Origin: Candidatus Eiseniibacteriota bacterium | Lineage (GTDB): Bacteria; Eisenbacteria; RBG-16-71-46; JABDJR01 | Assembly: GCA_963783375.1 (NCBI GenBank) | Contig: CAWANH010000003.1 | Coordinates: 96,001-160,000 of the forward strand | DNA: 64,000 bases | Direction: 5' to 3' | In this document: in pieces, positions 9,998 through 21,484 of the stretch | Position numbering within the stretch: position 1 is the first letter of the stretch | Layout of the letters: every line of letters starts with the position of its first letter | Position numbers and translations under genes: made by a program | The notes under the pieces: model-generated | Databases searched by the model: none | Seen by the model: the letters and a program-made list of their open reading frames with translations, nothing else | Told to the model about the DNA's origin: nothing

Positions 9998-10712
9998 CCG
10001 GCGGGCGCTCGTCCCCTCTCTTCGGATCCTCTCCCCAGAGCTCGGCCAGGTCCCCCTGCAGCTCCGCCCTCACGTCGCGGTAGCCGCGACGGTGGATCCA
10101 GCAGGGACCCAGGCGATGGAGCGCCTCCAGGTGCTGGGGCGTCCCGTACCCCACGTGCCGGGCGAAGCCGTAGCCGGGATAGCGCCGGTCCAGGCGGGTC
10201 ATGAGGGTGTCCCGGAAATCCTTGGCCACCAGGCTCGCGCAGGCGATCTGGTAGAAGTAGGCGTCCCCCTTGATGCGGGCCTCCTGGGGAACGGCAAGCC
10301 CCGGAACGGTGCGGGCGTCCACCAGGAGCAGGTCGGGGCCGGGATCGAGGCGACGAACCGCCCGGGACATGGCGGCGAGGGTGGCCCGGTAGACGTTCAC
10401 CCGGTCGATCTCCCGGGGACCCGCCACCCCGATGCCCACCGCCAAGGCCTCGGCCCGGATCCTCTCCGCCAGTTCCCGCCGAAGCTCCCGCTTCAGGATC
10501 TTCTTCGAGTCGTCCACCCCTCGGATGACCGAGTCCACCGGCATGATCACCGCCGCCGCGACCACCGGGCCGGCCAGGGGCCCCACTCCGACCTCGTCCA
10601 CCCCGGCCAGGAGCGTGATCCCCCGCTCGCGATAGGGCTTCTCGTGGCGGCGGAGCCGCCACACCGCGGGCATCGTTCGTCCGGTCGTCTTCTTCCTTGC
10701 CTGCGCCGCCAT
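9984..10712 (-). CDS. rnhB: Ribonuclease HII
   Basis: AGVDEVGVGPLAGPVVAAAV, DDSKK, LLVDA, KGD, HVGYGT, IHRR. Confidence 0.92.
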   Translation of the reverse strand: MAAQARKKTTGRTMPAVWRLRRHEKPYRERGITLLAGVDEVGVGPLAGPVVAAAVIMPVDSVIRGVDDSKKILKRELRRELAERIRAEALAVGIGVAGPREIDRVNVYRATLAAMSRAVRRLDPGPDLLLVDARTVPGLAVPQEARIKGDAYFYQIACASLVAKDFRDTLMTRLDRRYPGYGFARHVGYGTPQHLEALHRLGPCWIHRRGYRDVRAELQGDLAELWGEDPKRGDERPPARSR

Positions 10713-10786
10713 GGCGCATCATCCTAAGGGGCGGAGGAATCGCGAACAAGAAGCTTCGATCCCCCCCGTTCGAAAGGACTCGCCCG

Positions 10787-11353
10787 GTGGTCAAGATCTA
10801 CACGCGAACCGGAGACAAGGGAACGACCTCGCTCTTCGGCGGCAGGAAGGTCCGGAAGGATCACGAGCGGCTCGAGGCCTACGGCTCCCTCGACGAGCTG
10901 AACGCGATCCTGGGCTGGTTTCGGAGCCGGGCCACCCAACCCGACCTGGCCGCGCTGGCCGAGGACGCACAGAGGCGCCTCTTCGATCTCGGCGCGCATC
11001 TGGCCACCCCCCCGGACGCCGGGAAGGCCCGCTCGCACCTCCCTCTCCTGGCTCCGGAACGGGTGACGGAGCTGGAGGAAGCGATCGACCGGTTGGAGAC
11101 CGAGCTGGAGCCGCTCCACGCGTTCGTGCTCCCCGGGGGGACCGAGGAGAGCGCGATCCTCCAGGTGGCGCGGGCGGTCTGCCGGCGGGCGGAGCGGTGG
11201 GTGGTTCGCGCGTCGGAGGAGGATCGGCTTCCCATCGAGGAGGCGGGACTTGCCTATCTGAACCGGCTCTCCGATCTCCTCTTCGTGATGGCCCGGGTGA
11301 GCGCCCGCCGGTCGGGAACCGCGGAGACCACATGGTCGCCGGAGGGTGCGTAG
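10787..11353 (+). CDS. ATP:cob(I)alamin adenosyltransferase (PduO-type)
   Basis: KIYTRTGDKGTTSL, AYGSLDELNA, FVLPGG, RAVCRRAER, YLNRLSDLLF; AAAGGA RBS before GTG 10787. Confidence 0.9.
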   Translation: MVKIYTRTGDKGTTSLFGGRKVRKDHERLEAYGSLDELNAILGWFRSRATQPDLAALAEDAQRRLFDLGAHLATPPDAGKARSHLPLLAPERVTELEEAIDRLETELEPLHAFVLPGGTEESAILQVARAVCRRAERWVVRASEEDRLPIEEAGLAYLNRLSDLLFVMARVSARRSGTAETTWSPEGA

Positions 11354-11374
11354 CTCACGGCGGGATCGGCGGGA

Positions 11375-11806
11375 TCAGTTGGCCTGGCTGAAGATCCAGA
11401 GCAGACCGTACACGTCCCGCACCGAGAACTCCTCCACCCCGGCCCGGGTCCGGTTCACCCGGGTCAGGATCGGCACCCCCGACCGTTCCATGCGCTTGAG
11501 CTGCTCGACCACGTCGTTCACGAACACGTACATGGCCACCCCCTCCCCGGGCTGGCCCACCGCCCGGGTCCCCGCCCCGTGCTCATCCACCAGGTCGAAG
11601 CCGAGCTTGCCCGCCCGGAGGGCGGCGTAGCGGTTCTGGTCGTCGATCTCGGCCACGTCGAATCCAAAGCTCTTCTCGTAGTAGCGGACGGCCTCGGACA
11701 CGTCCGGCACCTGCAAGGCCATCCCCCCACCCAGATAGCTGGTCGGGTTCTTTCGAGCGGATGTCGTGTTCAGGATCGCTCTCTCCCCGGTTCTGCGCGA
11801 GGTCAC
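11375..11806 (-). CDS. VOC/glyoxalase/bleomycin-resistance family protein
   Basis: LQVPDVSEAVRYYEKSFGF...EFSVRDVYGLLWIF; AAGGAG RBS before GTG 11806. Confidence 0.75.
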   Translation of the reverse strand: MTSRRTGERAILNTTSARKNPTSYLGGGMALQVPDVSEAVRYYEKSFGFDVAEIDDQNRYAALRAGKLGFDLVDEHGAGTRAVGQPGEGVAMYVFVNDVVEQLKRMERSGVPILTRVNRTRAGVEEFSVRDVYGLLWIFSQAN

Positions 11807-12072
11807 GATGTGGCTCCTTTCGAGACAAGCGACAAGGCTCTGAGCATGACGCAGGGACCTGCGCGATTCAAGCACCGAGTCGGCGGCGCAAATCGCGAAC
11901 GGGTTGAGCCAACGGTCGCGTTGCGATAGCATCAACGGTTTACATCCCGGGTTATCGGCCGGTCGCCGATTTTCCCTTGCCTTCCCGGCCCGAAGTCGCT
12001 ACGCCTCCCCGCGCCGCGGTCCACGGAACTGCCGCTGGCGGGAGCATCCACGATCGCTTAGGCTCACCCTCC

Positions 12073-13098
12073 ATGCGAGAGCTCATGCCCCTCCCCCCGT
12101 CGCGCACCCTCGCGGTGCTGGGTCGCGACGGACGCTACCGGTTCCAGAACGAGCCCATTCCCCTCCCCGGACCGGGGGAGATGCTCTTTCGACTCCTGGC
12201 TGCCGGACTCGGTCCCGAGGACGCAAGCCCGGGCCTCTACGTGAACCGCACCCCTCCCGCGGTGCCGGTGGGAGAGATCGCCGCGGTCGGCGAGGGGGTC
12301 ACGGGCTGGAACCCGCTGGATGCGGCCATGGTGCTCCCGCGGGGATCGGCATCGGCGCTGCCCCCGTTCGCGGGGCTGGCCGATTATTTCCTGGTGCCGG
12401 GCGAGCTGGTGGAGCTCCACCTGGTCTTGAGGCTCCCCGCCGAACTCTCCCCCGAGGACGCCACCCTGGTCCCGGCCACCGCGCTGGCTTCGAGGGTGCT
12501 CCGCGAAGCGCGCGCGGGGAAGGCGACCTCGCTCCTGGTCCTCGGGTTGGGGCTCCCGGGACAGATCGTGATTCGCCTCGCCCGCCACCAGGGAATTCGC
12601 ACCGTCTTCGCCGCCGACGAATCCCCCACCCTCCGCCAGCGGGCGGAGTGGAGCGGAGCCACCAGGGTGATCCGCATCCCCGAGAACTCGATCCGGGATG
12701 CGATCATCGAGGAGACCGGCGGGCGCGGGGTGGACGCGGCCCTCGTCCTCACCTCCGACGCCTCCCAGGCCCCCGACGTCTTCCAGGCCCTGGCCCCCCG
12801 GGGGACCATGATCCTCGGCGCCCCCTTCTCCCCGAACTTCCTCTTCGCCCTCCCCGGGGCGCGGCTGCAGCGGAACGAGCTGCGTATCCACGGGGTGGGA
12901 TCGTTCGAGGCGCGCGACGTGCGCGACGCCTTCCGGGCGCTCAACCAGGGGATCGTGAACGCGGAGACCCTGGTCTCCAAGCGGGCGGCCTGGGCGGAGC
13001 TGCCGGAGACCGCGATCGAGCCGGACTACTGGTCCCACGGAACGCACCTGGTGGTGACCGGTCCGCTGGAGGAACCCGGGCCTCCCGAAGGCCGATAG
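12073..13098 (+). CDS. Medium-chain dehydrogenase/reductase-like protein lacking zinc ligands
   Basis: PGPGEMLFRLLAAGL, GEIAAVGEGVTGW, Rossmann VLGLGLPG, TGGRGVD; no Cys and no GHE motif. Confidence 0.7.
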   Translation: MRELMPLPPSRTLAVLGRDGRYRFQNEPIPLPGPGEMLFRLLAAGLGPEDASPGLYVNRTPPAVPVGEIAAVGEGVTGWNPLDAAMVLPRGSASALPPFAGLADYFLVPGELVELHLVLRLPAELSPEDATLVPATALASRVLREARAGKATSLLVLGLGLPGQIVIRLARHQGIRTVFAADESPTLRQRAEWSGATRVIRIPENSIRDAIIEETGGRGVDAALVLTSDASQAPDVFQALAPRGTMILGAPFSPNFLFALPGARLQRNELRIHGVGSFEARDVRDAFRALNQGIVNAETLVSKRAAWAELPETAIEPDYWSHGTHLVVTGPLEEPGPPEGR

Positions 13099-13198
13099 AA
13101 CCGGTCTTTTTCTCCCGGCCGGCCTCGGATTCAACCGGTCCATCGCACCGCTCGGGGGAGGCATCCACTCGGGGGGCGCGGACCCGGTCGGACCTTCG

Positions 13199-13227
13199 TT
13201 GACTCCGGGGCGTCGCCGCGCTATGGT
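13199..13227 (+). promoter_or_regulatory. Sigma70-like promoter for the lipoprotein gene
   Basis: TTGACT-17 nt-TATGGT followed by an AT-rich stretch. Confidence 0.6.
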
Positions 13228-13272
13228 GAAATTATATTTTCCCCTCGATGGGCGCCGGAAAGGAAGGTCGCC

Positions 13273-15441
13273 ATGTCGAGACACGCGGCTCGCTCGTATC
13301 GCGGTTCGTTTCGGACCCTCGGTTCCCCGATCCTCCTCATCGTCATCCCGGCCCTTCTGGCCGCCTGCGGAAACGAAGGGCCGGCTCCGTCCAATCGCGC
13401 CCCCACCGTGACCCTCAGCCCCGAGCCGGTCGAGGGGGACACCGTCTCCTACCACCTCACGATCGCGTGGACCGGCACCGATCCCGACGGCCGGGTGACC
13501 GGCTACCGGTACGCGGTGGATCCGCCGGCGGGGTTCACCGAAGCGGAGATCGCCGGCGGGGGCGAGGGGATCGTCTCCACCGAAATCGCCGGCGCGTCGG
13601 GCGCGCCGGACACCACCCGGGTGATCAAGATCATCGAGGGCCGAGTGGCCTCCTTCGACTGGATCCACACCCCGGACCCCTCGCACCGCTTCCTCTTCAG
13701 CGCCACCACCGCCGATTCCGAGGCGATCGGCTCCACGAAGCGCCCCACCGGACGCTTCACCGGCATGCACGCGGTCTACGTCCGGGCGGTGGACGATCGG
13801 GGGGCGTTCTCGGTCCCCGCGCACGTGGCCTTCACCGCCACCACCATCGCGCCCACCGCGACCATCGCCTATCCGCATTACGGCGCCTCCGCGCTCTCCG
13901 TGGGAGCCGCGATCCAGGTGGAGGCCGAGGGGACCGACCCCGACGGGGGCGGAGCGCCGCCGGTGGGCTACTACTACCGGATCGTGACCCTGAATCCGCT
14001 CCTGACGGGGGACATACCCGCCAACGCATGGACGCGCTTGTGGTCTCCGGCGACCGAAGACCCGGGTTGGGTGCTCGCCGCCGGCCCCGGCTTCCGGAGG
14101 ACCTTCCCCCTTGCTCCGGGGGACAAGTACGCGGTGGGGATCCGCGCGGTGGACGTGGCGGGGGCGGTGGAGCCGTTCCTGGACCTGGGCCGGAACGCCA
14201 TCCTCTTCGAGGCCTCGTCCGAGGCGCCGTCCCCGGTGGTCACGATCAGCGAACCCACCCTCGGCACCTTCACGTTCCCCGGAGCCGCCAAGCCGGGCCC
14301 CGAGGTGACGTCGGCGCGGATCCCTCTCCGCTTCACGGTGTCCTGCTCGGCGGAGGAGTACGGAGGGGATTGCGACGCCATGCGCTGGGGCCTGGATATC
14401 GCCGATCTCGATCGGTCCGAGAGCTGGTCGGACTGGAAGCCGGTCGGAGCGCTTCCTCCTCTCACCCTGCCGGACGTGGGGACCCAAGTTCTCTACTTCC
14501 AGGTGCGGGATACCCAGGGCGGGGTGACCACCCCCTACCTGCTCCTCCACCTCACGGATACGCCGATGGACCGGGCCGCGCTCTTCGTGGACGACGTCCG
14601 GAACCTCGGCGGGGTGGCCGAGCCCAACGACGCCACCGTGGACGCCTACTGGGAGGGGCTCTTCGAGGACTCCGGACGCTTTTCCGGCACCACGACCTTG
14701 GATAGCCTGTCGACCTTCGCCACCTACGGGTTGAACGACATGGCGCAGATCCCGCCTATTTCCCCGGACCTGGGGGCCATGGGCCGCTTCCGGCTCATCG
14801 TGTGGAACGCGAATCTCGGCTACAATGGACGGAGCGCGCTGTTCCAGGTCACGGGATACCAGAACCACAACCTCGCCTCCTACCTGGCTGCGGGAGGAAA
14901 GCTTTGGGTGTGCGGGTCCCAGACCGCGGCCGGCATGACGCGAGGCTTCGCCGGGCACCCGTACGTCTACCCGCTGGCCCCCCGTCCGGGCGACTTCGCC
15001 TACGACTTCATGAAGCTGGCCTCGGGCCGGATCGAGAACACCGCGCTGTCGCCGAGCCGGCCCGGCGACAGCATGATCGGGGTCGAGCCCTTCCCCGGCG
15101 TGCCGACGGTCTACCCGGCCATGGCGACGGACACCACCCGGTCGATCCTCTTCCGGTCGGGCCCCTACGCCGACTTGGTCATCGACCCGATCGACGCGTC
15201 CACCATCCCGGGCTTCCCCGCCACCGGGAAGATCGACTCGCTCTACGTCTACCGGGCCGCCGATCCCGCCTCGCCCTACGACGGCGCCCTCACCGCGATC
15301 CGGTACCGGGACCTCGACCCCAACCGCTCCCAGGGCCGCACCCAGTGGTTCGGCTTCGACCTGTACTGGATGAGGAAGGACCAGGCCCAGGAGATGTTCA
15401 ACCGCACCATCGACTGGTTCCGGAGGGAATCGGGGCCCTGA
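13273..15441 (+). CDS. Large lipoprotein with repeated Fn3/Ig-like modules
   Basis: Lipobox LLAAC; repeated units (GTDPDG..GYRY...VRAVDDRGA; GTDPDG..GYYY...IRAVDVAGA; FQVRDTQGG); alpha/beta C-terminal region (LFVDD...YLAAGGKLWVCG). Confidence 0.7.
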   Translation: MSRHAARSYRGSFRTLGSPILLIVIPALLAACGNEGPAPSNRAPTVTLSPEPVEGDTVSYHLTIAWTGTDPDGRVTGYRYAVDPPAGFTEAEIAGGGEGIVSTEIAGASGAPDTTRVIKIIEGRVASFDWIHTPDPSHRFLFSATTADSEAIGSTKRPTGRFTGMHAVYVRAVDDRGAFSVPAHVAFTATTIAPTATIAYPHYGASALSVGAAIQVEAEGTDPDGGGAPPVGYYYRIVTLNPLLTGDIPANAWTRLWSPATEDPGWVLAAGPGFRRTFPLAPGDKYAVGIRAVDVAGAVEPFLDLGRNAILFEASSEAPSPVVTISEPTLGTFTFPGAAKPGPEVTSARIPLRFTVSCSAEEYGGDCDAMRWGLDIADLDRSESWSDWKPVGALPPLTLPDVGTQVLYFQVRDTQGGVTTPYLLLHLTDTPMDRAALFVDDVRNLGGVAEPNDATVDAYWEGLFEDSGRFSGTTTLDSLSTFATYGLNDMAQIPPISPDLGAMGRFRLIVWNANLGYNGRSALFQVTGYQNHNLASYLAAGGKLWVCGSQTAAGMTRGFAGHPYVYPLAPRPGDFAYDFMKLASGRIENTALSPSRPGDSMIGVEPFPGVPTVYPAMATDTTRSILFRSGPYADLVIDPIDASTIPGFPATGKIDSLYVYRAADPASPYDGALTAIRYRDLDPNRSQGRTQWFGFDLYWMRKDQAQEMFNRTIDWFRRESGP

Positions 15442-15516
15442 TCCACGGGGCGTCCCCCGGACCCGCGGGGCGGTGAAGGCGGCCGCGCCCCGGCCGCACG
15501 GCACGGAGCCAACGCA

Positions 15517-15546
15517 CGAAGCCCCCGGCGCCGGCCGGGGGCTTCG
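15517..15546. terminator. Hairpin between convergent genes, probable terminator
   Basis: cgaagcccccggc-gccg-gccgggggcttcg, perfect 13-bp stem. Confidence 0.65.
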
Positions 15547-15571
15547 AATCACATCGGGGTGAGCGACCGGG

Positions 15572-17550
15572 TCAATCCTTCAGGTACCGCTCCAGCCACT
15601 CCAGGACATTGTCCCACCACACCCGCCGGTTCTTCGGTTTCAGCACCCAGTGCCCCTCGTCCTCGAAGTAGAGGAGGCGCGAGGGAACGCTCCGGCGCTG
15701 GAGCGCGGTGAAGAGATCCAGGCCCTCGCTGACCGGGCAACGGAAGTCCTGCTCCCCCTGGATCACCAGCATGGGGGTCTTCATCTTCTCGACGTGGAGA
15801 TGGGGAGACCACTTCCGGTACTCCTCGGGGGCCTCCCAGGGCGCCCCCCCGAACTCCCACTCGGAGAACCAGAGCTCGTCGGTGGCCCAGTCCATCATCT
15901 CGGTGTTCATGATGCCGTCGTGGCTCACCAGGCATCGGAACCGGTCGCTATGCCCGGCGATCCAGTTCACCATGAACCCGCCGAAGCTGGCCCCGGCGGC
16001 CGCGGTCCGCTCGGGGTCGCAGTAGTCGAAGGTGGAGAGCACGTGGTCGAAACCCCGGACGAGGTCCTCGTAGCAGGCTCCCCCCCACTCTCCGCGGATG
16101 GCGTCCACGAATTCCTGGCCGTAGCCGGTGCTCCCGCGGGGGTTGATCATCACCGTCACGTAGCCCTGGGCGGCGAACAGCTGGACGTTCCACCGTTCGT
16201 GGAAGTCGAGGCCGAACATGCCCTGGGGACCGCCGTGGATGAGGAACACCGTGGGGTACTTCTTCCCCGCCTCGAACCGGGGAGGCTTGACGATCATGCC
16301 GTGGACCCGCGCCCCCTCGGCCCCCTCGAACCAGAAGTCCTCGGACTCGTTCATCTCCAGCCCGGCCAGGTTGTCCGCGTTGAGGCGCGTCAACGCCTCG
16401 GCCGTTCCCCCCCCACCGGCACCCGCATGATCTCCGGCGGCGCGTTCAGGGTCTCCCGGGCGAACACCAGCCACTCCCCGTCCGGGGAGACCGCGGGATC
16501 GTGGTCGGTGGCGTGACCGGTCAGCTCCGCCGGCTCCCCGCCGTCGGCGCTCACCGCGTAGAGCCGGGTCCGCCCCTCGTCCTGGGCGGCGAAGTAGATC
16601 CGCTCTCCGTCCGGGGACCACACCGGGGCTCCCGCCGATCCTCTGAGCTTGGGAGCCGCCTCTCCGATCGCTCCCGTCGCCCGGTCGTAGACCAGAAGCT
16701 CCCGCTTGTCCGCCTCGTACCCCGCCCGCCGCATGCCCAGATAGGCGATCCGGGAGCCGTCCGGCGAGTAGGCGGGAAACGCGTTGCATCCGGCCCAGGG
16801 GCTGATCCGCTTGGGTTCCGCCGCCGGACCCGAGACGGGCGCCGTCCAGAGATTGGTGTTGGTGGAGAGGGCCTGGGCCTCGTCCCGCAGGGACACGAAA
16901 CAAACCTCCTCGCCGTCGGGAGACACCGCGTAGTCGGGATCCCCGGTGAGGGAACGCGGCGGCACCGGGTAGGGGCCGGGAGTGAGGTCCGTCGCACTCC
17001 CGCTCTCCACGTCCACCGCGAACAGGTGGTCGACCTTGTCGTCGGTCCAGGTGTCCCAGTGCCGGAACATGAGCCGGTCGATGACCCGGTGCGCGGGTTT
17101 CTCCTTCTCCCGCTCCTGCTTCCGCCGGGCGATCTCGGCCTGATCGGCGGTGTCGCGATAGACCGGAGAGACGGCCAGGAGCCGCTTTCCGTCGGGGAAC
17201 CAGACCGGCCGGCCCGCCCCCAGCTCCAGGGTGGTGACCTGGCGGGCCTCGCCGCCATCCACCGGGAGCACCCAGATCTGGGGGGACCCGCTCCGGTCCG
17301 AGGTGAAGGCGATCCATTTTCCGTCCGGGGAAAACGAGTGATCGCCGTTCGAGTAGCCGTGGCGGGTGATCTGGACCGTCTCCCCGCCGTCCAGCGGGAC
17401 CCGGTAGAGATGACTCACGTTCCGGTTCTCGTCGGGGTCGGGGCGGGTTCCCACGAAGAACACCCAGGCGCCGTCGGGGGACACGCGAGGCCGGGATGCC
17501 CGGGTCTGGACCAGCAGATCGTCGAACCGAAGCGGCCGTTTCGTGCTCAA
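15572..17550 (-). CDS. S9 family peptidase (beta-propeller plus alpha/beta hydrolase), frameshifted at ~16410
   Basis: PD40-like SPDG repeats; IHGGPQ, NPRGSTGYG, GASFGG, QGEQDFRC, DEGHW. Frame breaks in a G8 run (one extra G restores it). TTG start overlaps the korB stop. Confidence 0.88.
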
Positions 17551-18590
17551 GCGTTTACCTCCCACACGTCCCCCGCGTTCAACAATGCCTCCAGATCCCC
17601 TTCGCCCCGCTCCTCCCGCACCCGCTTGACCTGGTCCCACAGGTTCTTCTCCAGGGTCGGAACCGTTACGTCCCGGAACACCCCGATCGGCACCGGGAAC
17701 TCCGGAGGCTCCAGCCGGCTGAGTGCGAAGGCCAGGGTGGGGTTGGGATCGTGGGTATCGTGGACCACCAGGTCCGACTGCTCGAACCCTTCGCCGAGGG
17801 TCACCGTCTCGTAGCGGGTGCCGGTCCACCGGAGCCCCTTGTCCTTGTGGGCGCCGAAGAGGACCGGCTTTCCGTGCTCCAGTTCCAGGTTGGTCTCGTC
17901 CCGAACCCCCCGTTCGGTGAAGCTCTCGAATGCCTTGTCGTTGAAAATGTTGCAGTTCTGGTAGATCTCCACGAACGCGGTCCCCGGGTGCGCCGCCGCG
18001 GCCTTCAAGACCCCCATCAGATGCTTCTGGTACACGTCCACCGAGCGCGCCACGAAGGTGCACTCGGCCCCCAGAGCCAGGCTCAACGGGTTGAGCGGCC
18101 GGTCCACCGACCCGAACGGAGTGGACTTGGTCCGCTTTCCGATTTCCGAGGTGGGCGAGTACTGGCCCTTGGTGAGGCCGTAGATGCGATTGTTGAACAT
18201 GAGGATCTTGAGCCCCACGTTTCGCCGCATGGCGTGGATCAGGTGGTTCCCCCCGATGGAGAGCGCGTCCCCGTCTCCGGTAACCACCCAGACGTCCAGG
18301 TTGGGATTGGACAGCTTCACCCCGGTGGCCACCGCCGGCGCCCTTCCGTGGATGGTGTGGAAACCGTAGGTGTTCATGTAGTAGGGGAAGCGACTGGAGC
18401 AGCCGATCCCTGAGATCACCACGAAGTTCTCCTTCGGGATCCCGAGCTGCGGGAAGATGGACTGCACCGCGTTCAGGATCGCGTAGTCCCCGCAGCCGGG
18501 ACACCAACGGACCTCCTGATCGGTCTGGAAGTCCTTCTTGGAAAGCGCGGCGCCGCCGGGCGGAAGCGCCTTGCCGGGGGATGTGCTCAT
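17547..18590 (-). CDS. korB: 2-oxoacid:ferredoxin oxidoreductase beta subunit
   Basis: [43 protein letters not shown]. Confidence 0.9.
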   Translation of the reverse strand: MSTSPGKALPPGGAALSKKDFQTDQEVRWCPGCGDYAILNAVQSIFPQLGIPKENFVVISGIGCSSRFPYYMNTYGFHTIHGRAPAVATGVKLSNPNLDVWVVTGDGDALSIGGNHLIHAMRRNVGLKILMFNNRIYGLTKGQYSPTSEIGKRTKSTPFGSVDRPLNPLSLALGAECTFVARSVDVYQKHLMGVLKAAAAHPGTAFVEIYQNCNIFNDKAFESFTERGVRDETNLELEHGKPVLFGAHKDKGLRWTGTRYETVTLGEGFEQSDLVVHDTHDPNPTLAFALSRLEPPEFPVPIGVFRDVTVPTLEKNLWDQVKRVREERGEGDLEALLNAGDVWEVNA

Positions 18591-20449
18591 GATCTCGCCT
18601 CCAGGAGCGTCTCGACCCGCCCCATGATCTCGTTCACGGTGAACGGCTTTCCCTGGACCTTGTTGAGGCCGACGGCGTCCACCAGGTACTTCGCCCGGAT
18701 GAGCAGGAGGAGCTGGCCGGAGTTCATCTCCGGCACCAGCACCGTCCGGTAGCGGGCCATCACCGCGGGTAGGTCTTCGGGCAAGGGGTTCAGGTACCGC
18801 AGGTGGGCGTGGGCCACGTCCAGCCCCCGCGTGCGAGCCTCCTCCACCGCGCCGCGTATCGCCCCGTAGGTACTCCCCCAGCCTAGCACCAGGAGCTCGC
18901 CCTTCTCCGGGCCGAAGACCTCGATGGGCGGGATCTCGCGGGCCACCCGGGCCACCTTCTCGGCCCGCGTCCAGACCATGTGTTCGTGATTGTCGGCGTC
19001 ATAGGAGACGTTCCCGGTGATGTCGCTCTTCTCGAGACCTCCGATCCGGTGCTCCAGGCCGGGGGTGCCGGGAGTGGCCCAGGGTCGGGCCAGCGTTTCG
19101 GGGTTCCGCTCGTAGGGAAGGAAACCGCCGTCGGTGCGGCCGGGTGCGAACTTGATTTCGATCCGGGGCAGGTCATCCACCGGGGGAATCCGGAACGGTT
19201 CCGCGCCGCTGGCCAGGTAGCCGTCGGTGAGAAGAATGACCGGAGTCATGTACGTGACCGCGATCCGCGCCGCCTCGAACGCCACCCAGAAACAATCCCC
19301 GGCGGTGGACGCGGCCAGGATGGGAAGCGGCGACTCGGAGTGGCGGCCGAACATCGCCTGGAGGAGATCCGCCTGCTCGGGCTTGGTGGGAAGGCCCGTG
19401 CTCGGCCCCCCCCGCTGTACGTTCACCACCACCAGGGGAAGCTCGGTCATGACCGCGAGGCCCAGCGCCTCGCCCTTCAGGGCCATACCCGGACCGCTGG
19501 TCGTGGTCAGGGCCAGGGACCCGGCAAAAGCCGCCCCGATGGCCGCGGTGACCGCCGCGATCTCGTCTTCGGCCTGGAAGGTCACGACCCCGTAGTTCTT
19601 GTAGCGGCTCAGCTCGTGCAGGATGTCGCTGGCCGGGGTGATGGGGTAGGAGCCCTGGAACAGGGTGAGCCCGGCCCGGCGGGCCGCGCAGATGAGGCCC
19701 ATGGCCAGGGCGCCGTTCCCGGAGACGCTCCGGTACTTCCCCGGAGTCATTCGGGCCGGGGGAACCTCATAGGTGGACTGGAAGAGCTGGATCGCCCCCG
19801 CGTACTCCATCCCGCCCTTCAGGGCCAGCTTGTTGGCATCGACCAGATCGGGACGGGACATGAACCGGCGCTCCACCCACTTGACGGTGATGTCGGGGGA
19901 GCGGTTGTAGAGCCAGTACATGATGCCCAGAGCGAAGAAGTTCTTGCAGCGGTCCTTCTCCTTGGCCGAAAGCTGGGTGGCGTCCAGGGACTTCCGGGTG
20001 AGGTCGGTGAGGGGAACGGGGATCACCCGGTAAGCGTCGAGGGTGTGGTCCTCCAGCGGATTTGCCGCGTAGCCCACCCGCTCCAGGTTCCGCTGGGTGA
20101 AGGCGTCGGTGTTCACGATCAGGATGCCGTTGGGTTTCAGGTCGCGGACGTTCAGCTTGAGGGCGGCCGGGTTCATGGCCACCAGCACGTCCGGCTCCCC
20201 CCCGGGGGTATGAATGTCGTGGCTCGAGAAACGGATCTGGAACCCCGAAACCCCGGGCAAGGTCCCCGCGGGGGCGCGGATTTCCGCCGGAAAATCGGGG
20301 AGGGTGGCCAGGTCGTTTCCGGCGATGGCGGTGGTGTTCGAGAACTGGGTCCCGGTGAGCTGCATGCCGTCGCCGGAGTCCCCGGCGAACCGGATCACCA
20401 CGTCCTCGATCTGTACCCGTTCAGCGTTGTCGGCGGTCTTGGATTCCAT
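18587..20449 (-). CDS. korA: 2-oxoacid:acceptor oxidoreductase alpha subunit
   Basis: [48 protein letters not shown]. Confidence 0.9.
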   Translation of the reverse strand: MESKTADNAERVQIEDVVIRFAGDSGDGMQLTGTQFSNTTAIAGNDLATLPDFPAEIRAPAGTLPGVSGFQIRFSSHDIHTPGGEPDVLVAMNPAALKLNVRDLKPNGILIVNTDAFTQRNLERVGYAANPLEDHTLDAYRVIPVPLTDLTRKSLDATQLSAKEKDRCKNFFALGIMYWLYNRSPDITVKWVERRFMSRPDLVDANKLALKGGMEYAGAIQLFQSTYEVPPARMTPGKYRSVSGNGALAMGLICAARRAGLTLFQGSYPITPASDILHELSRYKNYGVVTFQAEDEIAAVTAAIGAAFAGSLALTTTSGPGMALKGEALGLAVMTELPLVVVNVQRGGPSTGLPTKPEQADLLQAMFGRHSESPLPILAASTAGDCFWVAFEAARIAVTYMTPVILLTDGYLASGAEPFRIPPVDDLPRIEIKFAPGRTDGGFLPYERNPETLARPWATPGTPGLEHRIGGLEKSDITGNVSYDADNHEHMVWTRAEKVARVAREIPPIEVFGPEKGELLVLGWGSTYGAIRGAVEEARTRGLDVAHAHLRYLNPLPEDLPAVMARYRTVLVPEMNSGQLLLLIRAKYLVDAVGLNKVQGKPFTVNEIMGRVETLLEARS

Positions 20450-20671
20450 AACTCCCACTCAACGTGTGATTTGACTGGGGACCGGAGGGAGACGCCGGCG
20501 AGAGGCTCGCGGCGACGCGGATCGGCTTCGCAGTATCCCCCAACCCATCGTCCGGAACAACCGGGAATGTTAGCATAGCCTGCGTAGCGGGTTACCCTGT
20601 CGGCGGGCCGGACGGGGGGTGGTGAAGGCGGGGCCGCGGAGGCGGCTCGTCGGGGGCGCGGACGCCCGGAG

Positions 20672-21484
20672 TCAGCCTTCCAGTATCCGCCCCAGACGGC
20701 GGGCGTGTGCGCGCACCGAGGCTCCGGGGTGATCCTCGTAGTCCCGGCTCACCCGCAAGAGCCGCCGGCGCTGTCGATCCGTCCCTCTCCCCGACTCGAA
20801 CCAGAGCCCCACCTGCTGCTCGGTCTGGCGCGCCACCGCGTTGGCCGCCGACGCCCCCCCGTCCAGCCACCGGGCGATCTCATCCATGGCCTGGTCGGGG
20901 TGCCGGGGGTACAGGTTCTGGCCGAGAACGTGCCCGAGGAGCCGCCGCACCCGGATGTGGCGCTCCCCCCGGAAGAGCCGGAGCACCTTGAGGGCGGAAC
21001 GGGGGTCGCTGCGGGCCGGGACCTCGAGACCGTGAAGGGCGGCCCATCGCCGCCACGGATCCCGGTGGGTCAACCACGGGGCCATGAGCCGGAACATGTC
21101 CCGCGGGTGACGGGACCACATCCAGTACAGCTCCTCCATGATCGGCACCCAGGGTTTCCGGCCGGGAAGGGCGGCCACCCGCCCCATCTCCCGGACGAAG
21201 GCCCGGGGATCATCGTCATGGAGGTAGGCCCGGGCGTAGAGGGTCACGGTGCGGAGCGAAAAGCGGCGGTCGTCCTCGTAGATCTCGAGGAACTCGTCCG
21301 CAGCCTCGCGGCGGGAATGCCCACATCTCGCCAGGGCATAGCCCACTGCGTTCAAGTGGCTGAGGTCTTCACCCGAGCAGAGCCTCAAGAGCCGCCGGCG
21401 CGCTTCGGGATCGGGCCATTCGTGCAACGAGGCGACTACGATCCTCTTGACGACATCCGGCGCGGGACGGGAGTCCGAACTCAC
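20672..21484 (-). CDS. HEAT-repeat-like helical protein (possibly AlkD/DNA-alkylation-repair-like)
   Basis: All-helical pattern with WLTHRDPWRRWAALHGL and ERHIRVRRLLGHVL. The family call is tentative. Confidence 0.45.
   Translation of the reverse strand: MSSDSRPAPDVVKRIVVASLHEWPDPEARRRLLRLCSGEDLSHLNAVGYALARCGHSRREAADEFLEIYEDDRRFSLRTVTLYARAYLHDDDPRAFVREMGRVAALPGRKPWVPIMEELYWMWSRHPRDMFRLMAPWLTHRDPWRRWAALHGLEVPARSDPRSALKVLRLFRGERHIRVRRLLGHVLGQNLYPRHPDQAMDEIARWLDGGASAANAVARQTEQQVGLWFESGRGTDRQRRRLLRVSRDYEDHPGASVRAHARRLGRILEG

Noticed and set aside
12064-15552. Very long antisense/shadow ORFs (1162 aa here; also 41081..44137, 2035..4074, 50961..52979, 47830..49737)
   Set aside because: They mirror real genes on the opposite strand, have no motifs, and are expected from stop-codon scarcity at high GC.
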